A stretch of DNA of 64,000 bases, taken from NCBI GenBank assembly GCA_017543275.1, contig JAFYGJ010000014.1, positions 38,551 to 102,550 on the forward strand, written 5' to 3'. This DNA is from Lachnospiraceae bacterium (GTDB taxonomy: Bacteria > Bacillota > Clostridia > Lachnospirales > Lachnospiraceae). A program made the position numbers and the translations under genes. Each line of letters begins with the position of its first letter. Position 1 is the stretch's first letter. Under the pieces are notes generated by a model, which saw only the letters and a program-made list of their open reading frames with translations, made no database searches and was not told the DNA's origin. Below, piece by piece: positions 7,506 to 14,896 of the stretch.

Positions 7506-9341
7506 ATGATGAAAAACACACAGCAGAAAACTTACACAAAACTATCGATGCTCGGCCACTTCCTGAAGGGCTGCATGCGCTTCTTTATCTTTACAATTCT
7601 CTGTTCCCTGCTGGTGACCGTGCTGGAAATGCTGATCCCGCAGGTCATCCGCCAGACCGTTGACGCTGTGATCGGAACGGAGGAGATGAATGCGCCGGGT
7701 TTCATCACGAAATGGTTCGCGTCTATGGGCGGGGCCGCCTTTTTCCGTGAAAACCTGTGGATCATCGCCATTATCATCATGATCATGGCGGCTCTTTTAG
7801 CGCTTGTAATCTACCTTCGCGGACTCACGGCCTCGGTTTCGGCGGAGCGGCTGCAGCAGAACATCCGTGAGGATCTCTTCTCACACATCGGGAAGCTGCC
7901 CTTCTCCTGGCACCAGGAAAACAAGACCGGCGATATTATCCAGCGCTGTACTTCAGATGCAGAACGCGTGCGGACCTTTGTCTCGGAGCAGATGATCTCG
8001 ATCCTGCGGATTGTCATCATGGTTGTCATGTCGCTTGCCTTCATGCTGTCGATGAATGTGAAGCTGACGCTTCTTGCCGCGATTGCGGTCCCGATTGTCG
8101 TGACCTATTCAATGGTTTTCCACGGGAAAATCGGCCAGGGCTTTGAGAAGTGCGACGAAAATGAAGGTGTCCTCTCGACGATTGCGCAGGAAAACCTGAC
8201 CGGTGTTCGTGTTGTGCGCGCTTTCGGCCGTGAGGAATTTGAACGCGAGCGCTTTGAAAAACAGAACGTTTACTATACCGGTCTCTGGGTGCACCTGATC
8301 CGGCTGATGAGTTATTTCTGGTCGGTTTCGGATCTGATCGGCGGCCTGCAGATCCTGCTGATGCTGGTGCTCGGCTCTGTTTTCTGTGTAAAGGGACAGC
8401 TGACAGCCGGAGAGTTCATCGCGTTTCTGAGCTACAACGGCATGCTGATCTGGCCTGTCCGCCAGCTTGGACGCGTGATTTCCGAGATGAGCAAAGCCGG
8501 TGTTTCGATCGACCGTATCCGTTATATCATGAATTCTCCGATTGAGGAGGATAAGGCGGATGCCGTATCAACAGAACAGACGGAACAGGCGGTACGCGGC
8601 GATATTGTGTTCGACCATGTGAATTTTGGCTATGAAAAAGATCAGGAAGTCTTAAAGGACGTCAGCTTTACGATAAAAGCGGGTTCGACCCTGGGCATCC
8701 TCGGCTCGACCGGCTCCGGAAAATCGACGCTGATGCTGCTTCTGAACCGGCTGTATCAAGTGCCGGAAGGAGAAGGCCGGATCACAATCGGCGGCGTGGA
8801 TATTGCGGACATGAAGGCTGCGGATCTTCGGAACAACATCGGCATGGTGCTGCAGGAGCCCTTCCTGTTCTCCCGTACTGTTGGCGAGAATATCGGCATC
8901 CGTGACCGCGAAATGCCCTTAGAGGAGATCCGGAGCGCAGCGAAGATCGCCTGTGTCGACGAAACAATCACCGACTTCAAAAAAGGCTACGATACCATCG
9001 TCGGCGAGCGCGGCGTGACCCTTTCGGGCGGCCAGAAGCAGCGGACGGCAATCGCCCGGATGCTGACACAGAAGGCGCCGATCATGGTTTTTGACGATTC
9101 CCTTTCCGCAGTTGATGCGGAAACAGATGCGAAGATCCGGAAGCAGCTTTCGGAATCTCTCGGGCAGTCAACGGTTATTCTGATTTCGCATCGTGTGACG
9201 ACGCTGATGCAGGCGGATAAGGTCATTGTCATGGATAAGGGCCGGATTGTCGAACAGGGAACGCCCGAGGAGCTGAAAACCTCAGGCGGCCTGTATCAGA
9301 AGATATATGATATTCAGCTGAGTTTTTCGGAGGTTGAATAA
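7506..9341 (+). CDS. ABC exporter, fused permease/ATPase half-transporter (multidrug-type, subunit 1 of a heterodimer)
   Basis: N-terminal 6-TM-type region, then Walker A GSTGSGKST, signature LSGGQKQR and Walker B IMVFDDSLSAVD. The start is set at ATG 7506 because ORF start 7458 lies upstream of the terminator hairpin. Confidence 0.9.
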   Translation: MMKNTQQKTYTKLSMLGHFLKGCMRFFIFTILCSLLVTVLEMLIPQVIRQTVDAVIGTEEMNAPGFITKWFASMGGAAFFRENLWIIAIIIMIMAALLALVIYLRGLTASVSAERLQQNIREDLFSHIGKLPFSWHQENKTGDIIQRCTSDAERVRTFVSEQMISILRIVIMVVMSLAFMLSMNVKLTLLAAIAVPIVVTYSMVFHGKIGQGFEKCDENEGVLSTIAQENLTGVRVVRAFGREEFERERFEKQNVYYTGLWVHLIRLMSYFWSVSDLIGGLQILLMLVLGSVFCVKGQLTAGEFIAFLSYNGMLIWPVRQLGRVISEMSKAGVSIDRIRYIMNSPIEEDKADAVSTEQTEQAVRGDIVFDHVNFGYEKDQEVLKDVSFTIKAGSTLGILGSTGSGKSTLMLLLNRLYQVPEGEGRITIGGVDIADMKAADLRNNIGMVLQEPFLFSRTVGENIGIRDREMPLEEIRSAAKIACVDETITDFKKGYDTIVGERGVTLSGGQKQRTAIARMLTQKAPIMVFDDSLSAVDAETDAKIRKQLSESLGQSTVILISHRVTTLMQADKVIVMDKGRIVEQGTPEELKTSGGLYQKIYDIQLSFSEVE

Positions 9342-11176
9342 TGGCAGATATGAATTTCAACAAAGAAGAGCAGCAGTATGTGAAGCTGCCGTACTTCGGC
9401 ATTCCGAAGCTGCTGCCGTATTTAAAGCCGCTCAGGGGAATTATATTCAGCATGGTTGGACTGTGCCTTCTGGCCGGTGTGATCGACGCGATTACACCGC
9501 AGTTCCAGAAATATGCGCTGAACCACTTTATTGAGGGCAATACGCTCGATACACTCGTACCTTTCATTCTGATCTACCTCGGGATTCTTCTCACGCAGAC
9601 GATCGGGAACCTGATTTCCGGCTACCAGGGCGGAAAAATCGAAATGTACGTCTCGCGGGATATGCGGCGCGCGAGTTTCAACCACCTGCAGACCCTGTCG
9701 TTTTCGTATTACAACCAGAACAGCGTCGGCTACATTCACTCACGTGTCATGAGCGATACCGGGCGAATCGGCGGACTTGTCAGCTGGTCCCTGATGGACG
9801 GCGTCTGGAACCTGACCTATATGGTCGGATCGATTATTGCGATGTTCATGATGAACTGGAAGCTCTGCCTTCTGGTTCTGGTGATTGTTCCGCTGGCGAC
9901 GCTCGCTTCCGCTTATTTCCAGCGGCATCTGGTGCGGCTGAACCGGCGCGTTCGTGAGATCAACTCGCAGATTACCTCCGGTTTCAACGAAGGCATTACC
10001 GGTGCGAAAACCACGAAAACGCTGGTTGCGGAACAGCGGATGGAAGAGGACTTCAATCAGACCAGCCGTGAAATGACCAAGACTGCGGTCAAAACCGCGC
10101 ATTTCCGCTCGATGTTCGTTTCGACGATCAGTTTTGCTTCCTACATAGCGCTCTCCCTCGTGCTGTGGCGCGGCGGAAAGCTGACACTTGCACAGATGCT
10201 GGAACTGGGAACGCTGGCAGCTTTCACTTCCTACGCGCTGAACCTGATGGAGCCAATCCAGTGGATCGTGCGTGCGCTGTCGGACCTTGTGACGGTTCAG
10301 GTCAATATCGAGCGCTTCACACGGCTGATGGAGACTGAATCGGATGTCGCGGACAGCCCGGAAGTCATCGAAAAGTACGGCGACGCCTTCCATCCGAAGA
10401 AGGAAAACTGGGAAGAACTCTACGGAGACGTGGAATTCGAGGATGTGACCTTCATGTATCCGGACGGCGATGAAAACGTACTGGAGCACTTCAACCTGAA
10501 GGTTCCGCAGGGTACGAATGTCGCGATCGTCGGTGAAACCGGCGCAGGAAAGTCAACGCTTGTAAACCTCGTCTGCCGCTTCTTTGAACCGACGGAGGGG
10601 CGAATTCTGATCGACGGACGGGACGCGCGGGAGCGCTCGCAGCTCTGGCTGCACTCGAACATCGGCTACGTCCTGCAGACCCCGCACCTGTTCTCCGGAA
10701 CCGTGAAGGAAAACCTGCTGTACGGAAAGCCGGATGCGACAATGGAGGAGATCGAAGCCGCGGTCAAAGCGGTTTCGGCGGATTCCGTAATTGAGCGGAT
10801 GGATAAAGGCTACGACAGCGACGTCGGTGAGGGCGGTGATCTTCTTTCGACCGGCGAGAAGCAGCTTCTCAGTTTCGCGCGGGCGATCCTCAGTAATCCC
10901 CGGATCTTCGTTCTGGATGAAGCGACGAGCTCCATTGACACGGTGACGGAGAAGCTGATCCAGGATGCGATCGAGCACCTGATGAAGGGCCGTACTTCCT
11001 TTGTGATTGCGCACCGCCTTTCGACGATCCGCCAGGCGGATGTAATTCTTGTCGTACGCGACGGCAAGATTATTGAACACGGCCGCCATAACGAACTGAT
11101 GAAGATGCGCGGCTATTATTACAATCTTTACACCCGCCAGTTCACCGAAGAACTGATGAACAGCGGAGCAATATAA
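9341..11176 (+). CDS. ABC exporter, fused permease/ATPase half-transporter (subunit 2 of a heterodimer)
   Basis: TAATG overlap with the upstream gene. Walker A GETGAGKST, degenerate signature LSTGEKQL and Walker B IFVLDEATSSID. This is the typical asymmetric partner of heterodimeric exporters. Confidence 0.9.
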   Translation: MADMNFNKEEQQYVKLPYFGIPKLLPYLKPLRGIIFSMVGLCLLAGVIDAITPQFQKYALNHFIEGNTLDTLVPFILIYLGILLTQTIGNLISGYQGGKIEMYVSRDMRRASFNHLQTLSFSYYNQNSVGYIHSRVMSDTGRIGGLVSWSLMDGVWNLTYMVGSIIAMFMMNWKLCLLVLVIVPLATLASAYFQRHLVRLNRRVREINSQITSGFNEGITGAKTTKTLVAEQRMEEDFNQTSREMTKTAVKTAHFRSMFVSTISFASYIALSLVLWRGGKLTLAQMLELGTLAAFTSYALNLMEPIQWIVRALSDLVTVQVNIERFTRLMETESDVADSPEVIEKYGDAFHPKKENWEELYGDVEFEDVTFMYPDGDENVLEHFNLKVPQGTNVAIVGETGAGKSTLVNLVCRFFEPTEGRILIDGRDARERSQLWLHSNIGYVLQTPHLFSGTVKENLLYGKPDATMEEIEAAVKAVSADSVIERMDKGYDSDVGEGGDLLSTGEKQLLSFARAILSNPRIFVLDEATSSIDTVTEKLIQDAIEHLMKGRTSFVIAHRLSTIRQADVILVVRDGKIIEHGRHNELMKMRGYYYNLYTRQFTEELMNSGAI

Positions 11177-11346
11177 AGCCCCGCGGGACTTTACTGTCTG
11201 CGAAACTCGTCTGCGGGATCGTACTGCCTCTTCGGTGACGGTTCCAGGTCACCTCAGAAGCAGCACGATAACCCTCGACTCGCGTGTATCGAAACGACAT
11301 AAAGAGCACAGGACCTGGTCCCGCGGTTCATGAAAAGGAGAAGCGT

Positions 11347-12003
11347 ATGAATTGCAGAAAAAGATGGATCTGCTGCCTGGCGGCGGTCCTGATGATCGGA
11401 ATGATGCTTTCGGGATGTACCGACGGAAAGAAGGCGGTCGGTCCGAAGCTGCAGAAAGGACGCGCCGGTTCGGAAGCATACGAAGAGATTTTCGCGCCCC
11501 TTCTTGAGAACATCAGCTGGGGCATGCAGGTTCACGAGCTGCCGTCAGACTACCCTGTCGTAAATGATGAAGCCATTCGCGGCGACGGTATTCTGACGAT
11601 TCCGCTGTATATTTATGTGAAGGTATATGACCGGGACATGACAGTCTGGCTGAAATTCGATGAAGGAGACAATGCAGGCCTGTACGAAATGACGCTGCGT
11701 TTTGACCCTGAATTCTATGTGGAAATCCGGGACCGGATGATCCGGGATTTCGGGGCATATCAGACGGACGAAGGGGATCCGGAAAAATCGGTCTTCTTTC
11801 AGTCCCGTCCCATTTCGGATTATTACACAAAAGAGGAAATCCGGCAGATCTATCTGAAAATCATGGATGAAGAAGAACTGTCGGAAGAAGAGCTGGACTT
11901 TGCGATGGGGAATTCCGAATTTGTCTTCTCGGTGCGTTCGGGCGGAACCATCAGCATGAGTGCGCGTAACCATATGCCGATCAAAAAGTCCTGGGAAGAA
12001 TAA
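11347..12003 (+). CDS. Lipoprotein, function unknown
   Basis: ATG 11347 follows AAAAGGAGAAG. Signal peptide plus lipobox: MNCRKRWICCLAAVLMIGMMLSGC. Confidence 0.65.
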   Translation: MNCRKRWICCLAAVLMIGMMLSGCTDGKKAVGPKLQKGRAGSEAYEEIFAPLLENISWGMQVHELPSDYPVVNDEAIRGDGILTIPLYIYVKVYDRDMTVWLKFDEGDNAGLYEMTLRFDPEFYVEIRDRMIRDFGAYQTDEGDPEKSVFFQSRPISDYYTKEEIRQIYLKIMDEEELSEEELDFAMGNSEFVFSVRSGGTISMSARNHMPIKKSWEE

Positions 12004-12033
12004 TGGCATTTCCCCGGACAGAACGGAGTCAAA

Positions 12034-12708
12034 ATGAGCCGGATACTTCTCGTGGAAGACGACAGCGCGATTATACGAACCCTGTCGGATTATCTCTCGG
12101 AAGAGGGGTTTTCCGTCTCTTCTGTCAGCGGAAAAATGCAGGCGGAGCGGATTCTCCGGAAGGAGGAATTCGACCTGTGCCTTCTTGACGTGACGCTCTC
12201 CAACGGAAACGGCTTTGATGTCTGTCAGATCGCAAAAGAACTGGGCATTCCGGTGATATTCCTCACGGCTTCAGGGGACGAGAACTCGGTCGTCAGAGGC
12301 TTTGATCTGGGGGCGGAAGACTATATCCAGAAGCCATTCCGGCCGCGGGAGCTTCTTTCGCGGATCCGGAGAACAATCCGGAAAAACAACCCGGAGAGTG
12401 CGCATGAAATCAGTCTCGCCTGTGGCGTCTCGGTCAATCCCGAGAGCGGTGTTGTGACGAAAAACGGGGAAATCCTGCCGCTTTCCGCGTTGGAGTACCG
12501 GCTTCTCACGGTTTTTCTTCAGAACCGCGGGAAGCTTCTGTCGCGGGAGCAGCTTCTGTTTGACATCTGGGATGTGGGCGGCGATTATGTCAATGACAAT
12601 ACACTGACCGTGTATATCAAACGGCTCCGGGAAAAGATCGAAGATGATCCCGGAACGCCGCAGATTATCCGGACCGTGCGCGGGCTCGGGTACCGGATGG
12701 ATGAGTGA
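12034..12708 (+). CDS. OmpR/PhoB-family response regulator (REC + winged-helix)
   Basis: ILLVEDD...DLCLLDVTL receiver motifs and a C-terminal winged helix (LSALEYRLLTVFLQNRGKLLSREQLL...TVRGLGYR). Confidence 0.9.
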   Translation: MSRILLVEDDSAIIRTLSDYLSEEGFSVSSVSGKMQAERILRKEEFDLCLLDVTLSNGNGFDVCQIAKELGIPVIFLTASGDENSVVRGFDLGAEDYIQKPFRPRELLSRIRRTIRKNNPESAHEISLACGVSVNPESGVVTKNGEILPLSALEYRLLTVFLQNRGKLLSREQLLFDIWDVGGDYVNDNTLTVYIKRLREKIEDDPGTPQIIRTVRGLGYRMDE

Positions 12709-13724
12709 GGGCTTCTGTCGTGAAACTGTTCCGTAATCCCGAATACCGAAAAGAATTTCTTCTGTATCTTCTCCTGAGTCTTGTTTTTACAGCGGGCGCT
12801 TTCTTTCTGCGCCCGCTTTTCGGGTTTCTGATGCTTCTGGCCTGGCTCAGTTTTCTCGCGGTTCACAGCATCGTACTGCACCGCAGGTACCAGCGGATCG
12901 CACAGCTTTCCGATGAGATCGACCGGATCCTGCACGGGGAGAGCGAAGCGGAAATCAGTGTGCAGACGGAAGGAGAACTCTCGATTCTCCAGAATGAAAT
13001 CCGCAAGATGACGGTCCGTCTGATGGAACAGGCGGAGCTTCTTCGGACAGACAAGAAGCGGCTTTCGGAAGCTATTGAGGACATTTTTCACCAGCTTCGG
13101 ACACCGCTGACTTCGATGAACCTTTCTGTGGAAATGCTCCGCTCGCGGGAACTTTCGGCAGAGCGGCGAATGCAGATTGCGCGGGAGCTCACGAAGTCCC
13201 TGGAACGGATCCGCTGGCAGGTAGATACGCTCCTGAAGATCAGTAAGATCGACGCCGGCGCTGCCCTTTTCCGGGCAGAAGGACTTTCTGTGTCGGAGCT
13301 TGTTGACAGGGCTTCCGAACAGCTCCTGATTCCGATGGAACTTCGGGAACAGCAGTTTATCCGGGAGTGCGGGGATGCGCAGCTCAGCTGCGATTTACTC
13401 TGGACCGCGGAAGCACTCGGGAACATTCTGAAGAATGCAGTCGAACATACCCCCGAAGGCGGCGAGATCCGGATCACGGCACAGGAAAGCCCGATCTATA
13501 CCGAAATTATCATTGCGGATAACGGACCCGGCTTCGATCCGGAAGAGATTCCGCACCTTTTCGAACGCTTCTTCAAGGGCAAAAACGCCGGCTCCGATTC
13601 GATCGGCATCGGGCTTGCCCTTGCCCGCATGATCATTACCGGCCAGAATGGCACCATCACCGCCTCAAACCGAGATGGCGGCGGCGCCTGCTTCACGATA
13701 CGTTTCTATAAATCTGTAGTCTGA
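12705..13724 (+). CDS. Sensor histidine kinase, intramembrane-sensing (BceS-like) architecture
   Basis: GTG 12705 overlaps the response regulator stop. Two N-terminal TM helices have almost no external loop. H-box FHQLRTPLTS; HATPase motifs NILKNAVEHT, DNGPGF and GIGLAL. Confidence 0.85.
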   Translation: MRASVVKLFRNPEYRKEFLLYLLLSLVFTAGAFFLRPLFGFLMLLAWLSFLAVHSIVLHRRYQRIAQLSDEIDRILHGESEAEISVQTEGELSILQNEIRKMTVRLMEQAELLRTDKKRLSEAIEDIFHQLRTPLTSMNLSVEMLRSRELSAERRMQIARELTKSLERIRWQVDTLLKISKIDAGAALFRAEGLSVSELVDRASEQLLIPMELREQQFIRECGDAQLSCDLLWTAEALGNILKNAVEHTPEGGEIRITAQESPIYTEIIIADNGPGFDPEEIPHLFERFFKGKNAGSDSIGIGLALARMIITGQNGTITASNRDGGGACFTIRFYKSVV

Positions 13725-13744
13725 GAGGCGCCGCATCAAAATCT

Positions 13745-14112
13745 CCTGTTCCCGGTAAACATTTCGAACTGAATCCCCGGCTGCTTTCGCGATTTCTCAT
13801 AAGACGCGCCAGAAAAAAGTCTCCTCCTTCATGCGCAGCTCGACCGTGATCCGTCAAAATCCGGCGCGTCCTGCGGCGAAGGCTGATGCGGGGCTCCCTC
13901 GGACTTGCTCGCTCACTCCTTAAAAAACTGAAGCTTTTTATAGTCGTGCGCTTCGCTTCAGACAAGCTCGTTCGCCCCGCGCCTTCTTGCGGACGCTTGA
14001 TTTTGCCGGCGGTCTCGAGCGCAGGCAGGAGGAGAACTTTTTCTTCCGCCAGAGCGCATCCGTTTCGCGAAAGCAGTCGGGGATTCAGCGCGAAGCGGAT
14101 GACGGGAACAGG
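13745..14112. repeat. Long imperfect palindrome (about 368 nt hairpin-forming element) between the kinase and the ABC ATPase gene
   Basis: Arm pairs: CCTGTTCCCG (13745-13754) with CGGGAACAGG (14103-14112); GAATCCCCGGCTGCTTTCGCGA (13771-13792) with TCGCGAAAGCAGTCGGGGATTC (14065-14086, one G-T). Further matching blocks continue inward to a centre near 13929. Confidence 0.8.
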
Positions 14113-14206
14113 GAATTCCGGCGGCTGAAATATCGGAACAGGGTCACCAAGCTGTCACTTTCGCCTGTTAAACTGTATCTCAGAAACAGACGAGGAGGAC
14201 AAAGTC

Positions 14207-14896
14207 TTGGAAATCCTGAAAATAGAAAATCTGACCAAAACCTACGGCTCGGGCGAGAATGAAGTCCGTGCGCTGGACAATGTATCACTTTCGATCGAGA
14301 AGGGTGATTTCGTATCCATCATCGGGCCTTCGGGTTCCGGCAAATCAACGCTTCTTCATATCATTGGCGGCGTCGACCGCCCCACTTCCGGTAAAGTATT
14401 CCTCAACGGACAGGATGTCTATAAGCAGAACGAAGAGCAGCTCGCAATCTTCCGGCGGCGGGAGGTCGGGCTGATTTACCAGTTCTACAACCTGATTCCG
14501 GTACTGAATGTCGTCGAAAACATGACGCTTCCGGTGCTTTTAGACGGCCGGAAGGTCAACGAGGACCGGCTTACGGAGCTCCTTTCCGTATTGTCACTTG
14601 ACGATCGGAAAAACAACCTTCCAAACCAGCTTTCGGGCGGACAGCAGCAGCGGGTTTCGATCGGACGCGCCCTGATGAATGCGCCTGCCGTCGTTCTTGC
14701 GGACGAACCGACGGGTAATCTGGACTCCCGGAACAGCCAGGAAATCGTCGAGCTCCTGAAAATGTCCAACCGGAAATACGGGCAGACACTTCTTGTCATC
14801 ACACATGACGAAAATATCGCCCTGCAGGCCGACCGCATTATTGCAATCGAAGACGGCCGCATCGTACGGGACGAGCGGATCCGGAGGGCAGTCTGA
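14207..14896 (+). CDS. ABC transporter ATP-binding protein (MacB/LolD/FtsE-like)
   Basis: TTG 14207 follows GAGGAGG (14192-14198). Walker A GPSGSGKST, signature LSGGQQQR and Walker B VVLADEPTGNLD. Confidence 0.9.
   Translation: MEILKIENLTKTYGSGENEVRALDNVSLSIEKGDFVSIIGPSGSGKSTLLHIIGGVDRPTSGKVFLNGQDVYKQNEEQLAIFRRREVGLIYQFYNLIPVLNVVENMTLPVLLDGRKVNEDRLTELLSVLSLDDRKNNLPNQLSGGQQQRVSIGRALMNAPAVVLADEPTGNLDSRNSQEIVELLKMSNRKYGQTLLVITHDENIALQADRIIAIEDGRIVRDERIRRAV

Noticed and set aside
13693-14128. Two overlapping ORFs on opposite strands (90 aa and 80 aa) with similar peptide segments (RESSRGFS).
   Set aside because: They are mirror-image products of the long palindrome. There is no RBS or other coding signal.
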